IMG/VR virus record: IMGVR_UViG_2757320370_000005
Direction: 5' to 3' (one strand)
DNA: 64,000 bases
Source: a virus
Taxonomy: Duplodnaviria; Caudoviricetes
Positions 28,234-36,022 of this stretch are shown here, piece by piece. Position 1 is the stretch's first letter. Every line of letters begins with the position of its first letter. The translations under genes were made by a program, and so were the position numbers. The notes below the pieces were generated by a model. The model was given only the letters and a program-made list of their open reading frames with translations, had not been told where the DNA came from and ran no database searches.

Positions 28234-29061
28234 ATGACAACTGAAACAATTATTCGAGTACCATTAGGATATAGCGCAAACGACTTGGCCATCGATCATC
28301 CTTGCGGAACAGAAATTCCATCTAATGGAGTTTCTGGACTGCAAAGCAAACCAGCAACTGTAGACGGAATTGATGGCCGTGATATGAGCGTTGTGACTAT
28401 AAGTGGCGTTTTGGTGTATTACGCCGAAATGTCAGGATACTCAAGGAATCACGGTTTAAGCACCATATATTACGGGTGCAGACCAAGTCAGCCATACATC
28501 GAATTGGATAGTTTTCACAATTCAAATAACTCAAGATATACATTCTTTGTTCCGGATAGTTTTCGAGTCGAAAGCCTAAGAGTTGTTCAAGATGATTATA
28601 GTAGGAGCAAAATCGCTAAAAATTTAATACTTTACCCTAAAAGAGTTGAGGGGTTGAGGGATTTTTTTAAACAAGGTAGTAATTATCCAACTATTGACAA
28701 GTACAATGCAATGTTGAGCTTGTATAAGGAGGCAGGTTTAACACAACATCACTCTTATCGGGTGATGTTAGAGGGTAGAAACGAATTAATCGATAAATAT
28801 GTTTATGGTCACGGTTTCTGCGTGACTGTCGGATATACTAAATGGCACCATATTGTTCAGCCGGACGGATCTGTCCTCTATGGTAAGGACGAGTTTCACA
28901 GGGAAACAGATAAAAAAATATCTGCTTCAGTAAAGGATTTTCACGAGATGATCTTAAAAGAGTCTTCCTATCCTTCGAGTTCTAGCGCTGAGTCAGAGCG
29001 CGGGCGTAGTCTCAAGCGAATACAGTATTTAATTGAGACGTATGCTTCAGACAGATTTTAG
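28234..29061 (+). CDS. Hypothetical protein (275 aa)
   Basis: AAGGAG RBS; no recognisable motif. Confidence 0.75.
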   Translation: MTTETIIRVPLGYSANDLAIDHPCGTEIPSNGVSGLQSKPATVDGIDGRDMSVVTISGVLVYYAEMSGYSRNHGLSTIYYGCRPSQPYIELDSFHNSNNSRYTFFVPDSFRVESLRVVQDDYSRSKIAKNLILYPKRVEGLRDFFKQGSNYPTIDKYNAMLSLYKEAGLTQHHSYRVMLEGRNELIDKYVYGHGFCVTVGYTKWHHIVQPDGSVLYGKDEFHRETDKKISASVKDFHEMILKESSYPSSSSAESERGRSLKRIQYLIETYASDRF

Positions 29062-29064
29062 GCA

Positions 29065-29180
29065 ATAAAAAGCCCACCGCCAGCATAATGCTAAGCGGTG
29101 GGCTTTGGTGTGTGTATCTGTTGCAATCCACACTCCTGCAAGAGGAGCGAATGCGCGTCCAGTGCTTCCGATCCGCGCAA
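29065..29180 (-). ncRNA. Small RNA with a solitary type I-C CRISPR-repeat-like unit (candidate Racr/crRNA-like RNA)
   Basis: Own promoter, 5' hairpin, repeat-like 32-mer, 13-nt linker and intrinsic terminator (29068-29106). Confidence 0.75.
29120..29151 (-). CRISPR. Solitary repeat unit TTCGCTCCTCTTGCAGGAGTGTGGATTGCAAC (not an array)
   Basis: 32 nt; 7-bp stem and 5-nt loop ending at nt 21, then an 11-nt TGGATTGCAAC tail; matches the recalled I-C pattern GTCGC...GCGTGGATTGAAAY. Confidence 0.8.
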
Positions 29181-29184
29181 GACC

Positions 29185-29213
29185 ATACTATCATCTTTGG
29201 GATGATATGTAAA
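29185..29213 (-). promoter_or_regulatory. SigA promoter of the sRNA with an operator-like palindrome in the spacer
   Basis: TTTACA-17-TAGTAT with extended TG; TATCATC-N5-GATGATA at 29189-29207. Confidence 0.75.
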
Positions 29214-29321
29214 TAAAAAGGATCATTCGCAATTAATTAAGATTGACGGTTCTTTTTATACCCAGGACTTACCTATCACACGTCACCACTCAAAAGATTA
29301 TAATTATTGAGAGGTGAAATT

Positions 29322-30185
29322 ATGTTTATATCCCCTATGCTGCTGCAAACGGCCCCCAGGCCATTTAGTCACAGTGATTATATATATGAGCCCAAGGTTG
29401 ATGGCCACCGACTAATCTATTCCCAACAATCCGGCGGAGTCCGACTCTATACCCGCCACAATAACGAGTGCACCCTGCAGTACCCGGAACTGCAGCTTCC
29501 CTTTGCCGACGACATTATCCTGGACGGCGAAGTCGCCTGTGTCGACCCGTCCACCGGTGTATCAGATTTTGAATCTGTAATGAGCCGGTTCCAGACGCGC
29601 CGGGATGATAAGATTCAGCAGCTCACAGCCTCCTTGCCAGCCTATTACGCCATATTTGATATCTTGATGTATAAAGGCCAGGACATGCGCGGGTTGCCAC
29701 TCCTGCGCCGCAAGGAGATCCTAGCAGGCTTGTCGCTGCCATCCAGTAGTTTTGGAGTGGTGCCGCACGTGGACGGCGCTGGGGAGGCGCTATTTAAACA
29801 AATCGAGGATCGTGGAATGGAGGGTGTTGTCGGCAAACGTAAGAACAGCATTTATGAAACTGGCCGCCGCTCCGTTGCCTGGCAGAAGGTAATCAACTGG
29901 ACCTATGCTGATGTGTTTATCACAGGCTATCGTAAGCAGGAATTTGGATGGTTGGCTGCTGTACCATCCGGTACGTCCGGCAGGCTTCGCCCTGCTGGGA
30001 TCATTGAGTTTGGAGCTTCACCACACCATAAGAAGGCATTTCACGGTGTGGTCCAGCAGCTTGTGAAAGGCGAGGATAAGGAGTTTGTGCACCTGGAGCC
30101 CAGGCTGCGGGCAAAGGTGCGAATGAGGAACTGGACCAAATCCGGCATGCTGCGGAGCCCAGTGTTTACGGAGTTTATCATATAA
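29322..30185 (+). CDS. ATP-dependent DNA ligase (LigD-like ligase core)
   Basis: EPKVDG adenylation motif, ILDGEV, FDIL, EGVVGKR. Confidence 0.92.
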   Translation: MFISPMLLQTAPRPFSHSDYIYEPKVDGHRLIYSQQSGGVRLYTRHNNECTLQYPELQLPFADDIILDGEVACVDPSTGVSDFESVMSRFQTRRDDKIQQLTASLPAYYAIFDILMYKGQDMRGLPLLRRKEILAGLSLPSSSFGVVPHVDGAGEALFKQIEDRGMEGVVGKRKNSIYETGRRSVAWQKVINWTYADVFITGYRKQEFGWLAAVPSGTSGRLRPAGIIEFGASPHHKKAFHGVVQQLVKGEDKEFVHLEPRLRAKVRMRNWTKSGMLRSPVFTEFII

Positions 30186-30188
30186 TCA

Positions 30189-30228
30189 AAAAAAGCCCCG
30201 CCGACCCATTTAAGGTTGACGGGGCTTA
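30189..30228. terminator. Bidirectional terminator
   Basis: AAGCCCCG...CGGGGCTT with flanking A/T tracts. Confidence 0.7.
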
Positions 30229-30265
30229 TTCGTTGAGGATCGACACATATGTTCTCCGTACATCA

Positions 30266-30703
30266 TCAATCACTTGTATCACCTGATAATTTCCGCACAA
30301 GTATTCCGAATTCTTTGCTCTTATTATAATCAAACCCAGCCAATTCTACAGCTTCGCTCCAGGATATTCCGAGTTTGTAGATAGTAGTTACGTGAGGTGA
30401 TAACTCTGCCTTTTTATACTCGGTCGTTGTTAGCAATTTCCCGGCAGATAAGAAGTGTTTACGCAGGGCATTTGCGATTTGATCGATGTCCATTTCTCTC
30501 CCGTTAGGCCGTCTATACTCAACGCCCGCCGCGAGACATGCTGCTTGAAATGAATGGTATCTTTTTAAAATGGTCATGTATGATGGTTTAAGTTTACTCT
30601 CTTTGTACTGTTCAACAGAAAGTGAGCCATCATACATTTCGGACGCTGCAAGCAATGCTTCAGAAATATTCCCATCTGTATACTCCCTTCCTTTCTTCTT
30701 CAT
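30266..30703 (-). CDS. Protein of two HNH-associated repeats only
   Basis: YTDGNISEAL...PSYMTILKRYHSFQAACLAAGV plus a second copy. Confidence 0.75.
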   Translation of the reverse strand: MKKKGREYTDGNISEALLAASEMYDGSLSVEQYKESKLKPSYMTILKRYHSFQAACLAAGVEYRRPNGREMDIDQIANALRKHFLSAGKLLTTTEYKKAELSPHVTTIYKLGISWSEAVELAGFDYNKSKEFGILVRKLSGDTSD

Positions 30704-30711
30704 TTCCTTTC

Positions 30712-31035
30712 CTATTTTCGGGGGTTAGGAATAAATTTCACCTTTGCTATATTACAAGCATTCTCAAATGTGCCGAATCTCGAAACAATCGCATAACTAG
30801 TTGGTTTTGATTTCGACATATTGTATATAGCCTGATTTACAAAGCCATTTTCCAATTCTACTTTTCTCAGTTGTTCATAGATTTGCTCATTTGAATAAAC
30901 TTGATTCGGACTTTTTGCTAAGTCAGCGATCACCATCGCTTTCTGCAGACTTCCGTAACGTAATATCGATTCTTCATATACCGTTTTTAACAATGAGATA
31001 AAATCCTGTTCGCTCATTTCCCGTATATTGCTCAT
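30712..31035 (-). CDS. Protein with one HNH-associated repeat
   Basis: YSNEQIYEQL...PTSYAIVSRFGTFENACNIAKV. Confidence 0.7.
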   Translation of the reverse strand: MSNIREMSEQDFISLLKTVYEESILRYGSLQKAMVIADLAKSPNQVYSNEQIYEQLRKVELENGFVNQAIYNMSKSKPTSYAIVSRFGTFENACNIAKVKFIPNPRK

Positions 31036-31250
31036 AATTCAAATTTAAACTCCCATTTTTTCACGTTTTTCTCAATTTCAATTGGAATCATGAACATTGT
31101 AATCCCCCCGTTCGGGAACCAATCTATTAGGTCACTTTGGCATCCTTTATCTTGCCGGATGTCCTCTAAGGTGTATGGATTCATCTTGATTTTTGTCGGC
31201 TTCTCTTCCGCCGCCGCAATCTCCGATTTCAAGTCTGCTCCTAATCTCAT
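31032..31250 (-). CDS. Hypothetical protein
   Basis: GGAGG RBS. Confidence 0.6.
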   Translation of the reverse strand: MRLGADLKSEIAAAEEKPTKIKMNPYTLEDIRQDKGCQSDLIDWFPNGGITMFMIPIEIEKNVKKWEFKFEL

Positions 31251-31263
31251 ATCCGTCCTCCAG

Positions 31264-31482
31264 TTATTTTATGTATGCTCTAAATTCAAACCGTTCCCGT
31301 ACAAAATGGGGACCGGCTATCTTGATGGAGTCTGGAGTATATCCCTCCACGATCCCTCCGTCATCCATCAGGTGACCTTCAGGGTCTGGTTCTTCCCGGT
31401 ACCATACCGACACCTTAGATTGAGTCAGGGCTGCCATCAGGAAGTCTGTATCACTCTCTAGGACTTTGTATGTAGTGCTCAT
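31264..31482 (-). CDS. Hypothetical protein
   Basis: ATGA overlap with the RES gene. Confidence 0.65.
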   Translation of the reverse strand: MSTTYKVLESDTDFLMAALTQSKVSVWYREEPDPEGHLMDDGGIVEGYTPDSIKIAGPHFVRERFEFRAYIK

Positions 31483-32222
31483 CTGTTTTTCATTCCAATA
31501 GATCGACCTTTTTTTTGATCTTCAAGGCGATGTATTGATTTATCAAGCTTATAGTTGAGCAAGTCCCCATTAAAAATAACGATATTAAACTGATTCGAAT
31601 TTTTTGAACAGGTATACTTTACCCCATCTAATTTCATATAATCACGTATGTATTGAGCGATAGCTTGAGTCGGCATATATTCAACCAAAGATCGTTCTGA
31701 AGAAACGGGCCTTGAAAAGTTCAAATCAATTATTTTTCTAAAGCTATTAATTTTTGCGTCCTCATTTTCCCCATGAACTAAGTTCAATAACTTAAGCATT
31801 CTTTTTGGTCTGCACTCAACTATTGTAACTGGAGCAAAAATGGAAGCGTTCAGTTCCAAAAGAGCTGTAGAAATTGAATCTGCCGCATAAAGAAAAGAGA
31901 CCCCTTTTGGATTTAACCTCCCTACTCCAGCCTTTCTATGAGGTGGCGCCTTAACCTCTGCTAGCTTCCTAAAAAGCCTTCCTTTTCTACCTCTATAAAA
32001 AATTTCATCAGGATAAATCTTCTCGACCCCAATACTTCTTATAAAATTAAAGATGTTCTCTTGAGAGTTAATCTCCAACTTATTAGTCAGTTTAAACCCA
32101 TCCGCAAATTTGTCATACTCATCTTGTGCATATTTGTTATTGGAAATGAGAATTGATGCCCCTAAAGATTCTTCGCCAATTTGACCTCCATACTGCTTAC
32201 CCTTATAAAGAATCATACTCAT
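31479..32222 (-). CDS. RES-domain protein (putative NAD+-consuming toxin/defence effector)
   Basis: FYRGR, APP...GRLNPKGVSFLY.A...ALLE, YMPTQAIAQYI...DGVKY; AT-rich. Confidence 0.85.
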   Translation of the reverse strand: MSMILYKGKQYGGQIGEESLGASILISNNKYAQDEYDKFADGFKLTNKLEINSQENIFNFIRSIGVEKIYPDEIFYRGRKGRLFRKLAEVKAPPHRKAGVGRLNPKGVSFLYAADSISTALLELNASIFAPVTIVECRPKRMLKLLNLVHGENEDAKINSFRKIIDLNFSRPVSSERSLVEYMPTQAIAQYIRDYMKLDGVKYTCSKNSNQFNIVIFNGDLLNYKLDKSIHRLEDQKKGRSIGMKNR

Positions 32223-32341
32223 TTAACTCCACCTTTCAAAATTGGAAGCCTATTAAAAATAAATATGAAGTAAGTATAGTGGGAGTGGAACATTATGTAT
32301 ATGTACTCTATATCACTGGTAAGGAAAATTTGCCTGAACGT

Positions 32342-32390
32342 AAAGAAATACCCCGCCAGTGCTGGCAGGGTACGGTGCTTCCGTTGCGTC
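32342..32390 (-). ncRNA. ~50-nt RNA/leader: GGAAGCAC hairpin + intrinsic terminator upstream of the RES gene
   Basis: TTTACA(32416-21)-18-TAGAAT(32392-97); ACGG-AAGCA-CCGT; TACCCTGCCAG/CTGGCGGGGTA-TTTCTTT. Confidence 0.5.
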
Positions 32391-32506
32391 TATTCTACCT
32401 CACTCTGGGGCAAACTGTAAATTACTATATTGTGGTGACGAAGATATAAAACCTCTCCCATCATTTACCGTAATATAGTAATATGACATTAAAGGAGCTG
32501 AGGTTT

Positions 32507-33046
32507 TTGAAAAAAGCAATCATAGGGCTAGTCGCTGGCATGCTGATCGGATCAGCGGGAATGGCAGCAGCTGCGACAACTCAAACCGTCCAGGCTGTAT
32601 TCGCTAAATTCACACTTTCTGTGGATGGCCAGAAGCAAACGCTGAAGAATGACCCGCTTGTCTATAGAGGCACGACATACTTGCCAGTCCGTGAGGTGGC
32701 CGAAATGACCGGCTACGGACTGGAGTATGACAACACGAAAAAATCCATTGATTTGAAGACGAAAGGAGATGAAGTTTCTGTGGGAATTACTGACGAAATC
32801 AATTTAAATGAATTTATTTCAACCAAGGTTTTGGTGGCAGACTATGATGTAGACGTTTCGGCTGAATCCGGAAAAATTAGAGATGTGACTTACAAAAAAA
32901 ATGACAACATCATTGTTTACTCGATGCCAGGCACTTTAGTAGATGGTATTTATAACAGTGTTGATGGATTGCATAAAGCTGCGGTTAAAGATGGGGCAAT
33001 ATACCTGTCGAAAGAAGCAGTATCTTTTTTGGGTATATCTATTTAA
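32507..33046 (+). CDS. Exported protein with copper-amine-oxidase N-terminal-like (stalk) domain
   Basis: Signal peptide; PLVYRGTTYLPVREVAEMTGYGLEYD. Confidence 0.8.
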   Translation: MKKAIIGLVAGMLIGSAGMAAAATTQTVQAVFAKFTLSVDGQKQTLKNDPLVYRGTTYLPVREVAEMTGYGLEYDNTKKSIDLKTKGDEVSVGITDEINLNEFISTKVLVADYDVDVSAESGKIRDVTYKKNDNIIVYSMPGTLVDGIYNSVDGLHKAAVKDGAIYLSKEAVSFLGISI

Positions 33047-35115
33047 TAATTACCGCCTCCACGGCTCATCACGAATAATTGGCTGACTACAGTCGCAACC
33101 ACACGCCCGAGATTATTGGGCGTTATTTTTATGGAGTGATACATTCCCCGATTTACCTTGCCACTATCATCCTTACTCAAATATGGAATGATATCAATGT
33201 CCTCAGCACTTGTTCCGGTAAATGGGACGACATTCCCATCCACTTCAATCGTTAGAGCCGTGGGCGTAGGGCCCGCATAAATACCATACTCTATCCCATG
33301 CGTATGAGCAGGGATTTGGTGTGTGTGTTCCATGTTGTGGCTGTGCTCCATATTGTGCGTGTGTTCCATATTGTGGGTATGGTCCATGTCGTGTGTGTGC
33401 TCCATATTGTGGGTATGGTCCATATCATGAGTATGATCCATATCGTGTACGTGGTCTGGTAAATCTATTAGATGATCATGCATAGCAGGGGAATGAGTAT
33501 GGCCTGGATGCGATACATAGGTTACGTATCCTCCTCCAGTTATTAATAACTGAGTTCCGTTTGCAACCCCGTGGTTATGACCACCATCATACGTCGATGG
33601 GTCTGGTGCAAAACCAGGTGCCAGTTTATACGCACCAGTTCTTGTGTTGATTACCCCCCCGCCATCTGCCGTTGTATCTCTCGTACTCGGTCCCGCTGTG
33701 TCCCGCGTACTTGGTCCTGCTGTATCACGCGTACTCGGTCCCGCTGTCTGCCTGCTACTTGGGCCAGCTGTATCCCTTGTGCTCGGGCCTGCTGTCTCCC
33801 TGCTGCTGGGTCCGCTGGTGTTTTTTGAACTGGAACCTGAAGTCGCTGCTGGCGCCGACTCTATAGCCTTGCTATAAGCCCTGAACGCCTCCGCCTGAAA
33901 CGATAGCATGACCTTATTAATCCGAGCCGTCTCCTCGGGTACATAGAATTTGAGTATGGCCGGATGCGTGGGGTCAGCATTATCCGCGAAGTCCCGAGTA
34001 TCCAGATTGGTTGCCCCCTGTGCGTATGAATCATTGATATGCTGCCGGTTCTGCAAATCGGCTATGCTACCCGCGATGTCCTCCGTCCGGTTGGCAATCT
34101 CCAGCTGTGCGTCTCCCGGCGAACCTATCATATCGCCCTTGCCTTTGTTGACCACCCGCGCGATAAAGTCCTCACCCATTTCGTCGTCTCTCACACGGAT
34201 TCGAGCGCCCGTCTTGAACTTATATATCTGCTGGCCCGTCAGACGGTGGATTTCAGAGGCTCCGACGCTATAGGAGACTCGTGGCACCTTTAGCTCGCTA
34301 TATAGTGTCTGGCAACGCGCCAGCAATGTATCTGCATGCTCAAAGCGGCGGTCAACAAAGATGGATGACAGGATACCGTACTGAGCTTGTGCTGCTGCAT
34401 CCTCGATGTACGGAAGTCCGCCGTTGATGTCCGCGAATGTGAGTTGGTTGACGCCTTCCCCGAAGCCGAGCCCATATAACCGGGTGCAGAGGTTTGTCGG
34501 GTCTACTACCTTCTCGATCTCGGTCATGTTGACACCGTACCGGATGTAGGCGGTCACCTCTTCATCTGGCGGCACAAGGTTCAGCGTCCACGGATAGGAT
34601 GTTGTGTCCCAGGTCCATTGATAATCAGCGTCGAACGGCTTCGGCACCGAGAACAGCGCCCCCAGTAGCGTATCGTTCTCCCAATTGTATTCAAACTGCC
34701 GCCCGAAGCCGACCGTTCCCAGCTCCCAGCGCGGAACAACCTGTTTGGATAGGATATATTGCAGCACCTGGGCGGTGTATACTCCCAGATTGCCGACCGT
34801 ATGCGACTGAAACAGAACGTCATTCAGCAGCGTGGCAAGTACGTGCTCGCATTCGTATTTGATGATAGGGCCGCTCTGATTCCGGTTCGTGGTGTTAGGT
34901 ACAATGCGGAATAGTTCTATCCGTTCATACCCGTCATACAACTCCACAAAGTAAAACTCCCTACACTCGGCATTCTTTGGATCATTGCCCGGGAGGCTGA
35001 AGGATGCCGTCCACAGCGAATTGAGCGGCATGCTGTATTCGATATTATAAGCATTCTCCAGCAGCGCTACGCGCCGCATTTGAGCATCATATATTGTGAT
35101 TGGTGGTTTAGCCAT
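33043..35115 (-). CDS. Minor tail / tail spike protein (Tal-like) with repeat-rich C-terminus
   Basis: TRLYGLGFGEG; GPSTRDTA and HTHDMD/HTHNME repeats. Confidence 0.85.
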   Translation of the reverse strand: MAKPPITIYDAQMRRVALLENAYNIEYSMPLNSLWTASFSLPGNDPKNAECREFYFVELYDGYERIELFRIVPNTTNRNQSGPIIKYECEHVLATLLNDVLFQSHTVGNLGVYTAQVLQYILSKQVVPRWELGTVGFGRQFEYNWENDTLLGALFSVPKPFDADYQWTWDTTSYPWTLNLVPPDEEVTAYIRYGVNMTEIEKVVDPTNLCTRLYGLGFGEGVNQLTFADINGGLPYIEDAAAQAQYGILSSIFVDRRFEHADTLLARCQTLYSELKVPRVSYSVGASEIHRLTGQQIYKFKTGARIRVRDDEMGEDFIARVVNKGKGDMIGSPGDAQLEIANRTEDIAGSIADLQNRQHINDSYAQGATNLDTRDFADNADPTHPAILKFYVPEETARINKVMLSFQAEAFRAYSKAIESAPAATSGSSSKNTSGPSSRETAGPSTRDTAGPSSRQTAGPSTRDTAGPSTRDTAGPSTRDTTADGGGVINTRTGAYKLAPGFAPDPSTYDGGHNHGVANGTQLLITGGGYVTYVSHPGHTHSPAMHDHLIDLPDHVHDMDHTHDMDHTHNMEHTHDMDHTHNMEHTHNMEHSHNMEHTHQIPAHTHGIEYGIYAGPTPTALTIEVDGNVVPFTGTSAEDIDIIPYLSKDDSGKVNRGMYHSIKITPNNLGRVVATVVSQLFVMSRGGGNY
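33318..33455 (-). repeat. 18-bp tandem repeats encoding H-x-H-x-M-x units
   Basis: HDMDHTHDMDHTHNMEHTH...; about 7-8 units. Confidence 0.9.
33675..33830 (-). repeat. 24-bp tandem repeats encoding GPS(S/T)R(D/E/Q)TA
   Basis: About 6 units with synonymous divergence. Confidence 0.9.
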
Positions 35116-35124
35116 AAGAACCTC

Positions 35125-35643
35125 CTATATAAATTTATCCCGGTGCGTAATTCGAACCAAAACGTTGCGGCCAGTAGCCGGATCTGTGTAGACGATGTTG
35201 TTGCTGCCGAGATTCAGATCAAAAAAATCGCCCTGCATCATGTGCAGCGCGTTGGCTCCGTTTTTGGTAAAGGTCAGATTCTTGCTGTCGATCACGATGC
35301 GGTCTCCTGGAGCAAAGGACCCGGTGAACACTATCTCATCCAGATGGTACCGGCTACCGTTGGCCTTGAGTGTTCCGATGCCGTGCAAGATGGCTTGCTG
35401 CAGACGCTCACGGACAAACGTAGCCGTTAAGCCGCCCTCACCATCCATCTTGGCGGTGAATCTGATCTCACGTACAAATGTTGCTTTCAGTCCACCATCG
35501 CCCTGTAGCAGCGCTGATCCGGTTGCTATGATGTTGGAACCTGCGGTCAAAGTGCCTTCCCCGCGCAGGACGGCACTACCAAAGACAAACAGTGAAAACT
35601 CCCGGTTGAACGCTATCCGGTTAAATGATCCTCGATTAAACAT
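35125..35643 (-). CDS. Tail component resembling a distal-tail C-terminal domain (MFNRGSFNR...)
   Basis: AGGAG RBS; IVIDSKNLT...GDFFDLNLGSNNIVY. Confidence 0.75.
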   Translation of the reverse strand: MFNRGSFNRIAFNREFSLFVFGSAVLRGEGTLTAGSNIIATGSALLQGDGGLKATFVREIRFTAKMDGEGGLTATFVRERLQQAILHGIGTLKANGSRYHLDEIVFTGSFAPGDRIVIDSKNLTFTKNGANALHMMQGDFFDLNLGSNNIVYTDPATGRNVLVRITHRDKFI

Positions 35644-35661
35644 GGACAGGTCTCCTATCCT

Positions 35662-35695
35662 AAAAAATGAAATAAGCCCCTGCGAGTACAGGGGC
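35662..35695 (-). terminator. Intrinsic terminator between the holin and downstream tail genes
   Basis: GCCCCTG-TACTCG-CAGGGGC followed by TTATTTCATTTTTT. Confidence 0.65.
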
Positions 35696-35730
35696 AGCAA
35701 GAGCAAAATGAACAGATATTATTCCGAAAA

Positions 35731-36009
35731 TTATTCCTTGGTGCTGCCGTCCCGCTTATTAAAAGCCAATTCAAACAGCCCGGTCGCAGATAACCCCGCC
35801 AGACCCCCGGCCCATAGCCGCAGCACCAGGCCCAGCTCCGTAAACGGTGATGCCGCAGCGCCTACTAAGAGGCCAATTACCAGACCGATAAGAGGCAGGA
35901 TGTTTTTAGGCACATTAACTGCGCTCTTAACAAGTTGCACTCCTGCCAACACAAAAACGGCCAGCACCGAAGCGAAGGCCAACACATCCGTTAAGTTTTG
36001 ATTATCCAT
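35731..36009 (-). CDS. Holin
   Basis: Three TM segments; LWAGGLAGLSATGLFE. Confidence 0.9.
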   Translation of the reverse strand: MDNQNLTDVLAFASVLAVFVLAGVQLVKSAVNVPKNILPLIGLVIGLLVGAAASPFTELGLVLRLWAGGLAGLSATGLFELAFNKRDGSTKE

Positions 36010-36022
36010 TTAGTTATCTCTC

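Noticed and set aside
29012-29194. 60-aa minus-strand ORF from the track
   Set aside because: No RBS, starts inside the promoter and reads through the terminator; better explained as ncRNA
29065-29213. CRISPR array or self-targeting spacer
   Set aside because: Only one repeat is present. By eye I found no TTC-PAM protospacer for AGATACACACACC in the window; a genome-wide search is needed
29322-30185. Complete phage NHEJ system
   Set aside because: No Ku gene in the window; ligase core only
32153-32449. Plus-strand ORFs as a type I toxin opposite the small RNA
   Set aside because: No hydrophobic helix; the 41-aa and 98-aa frames look non-coding
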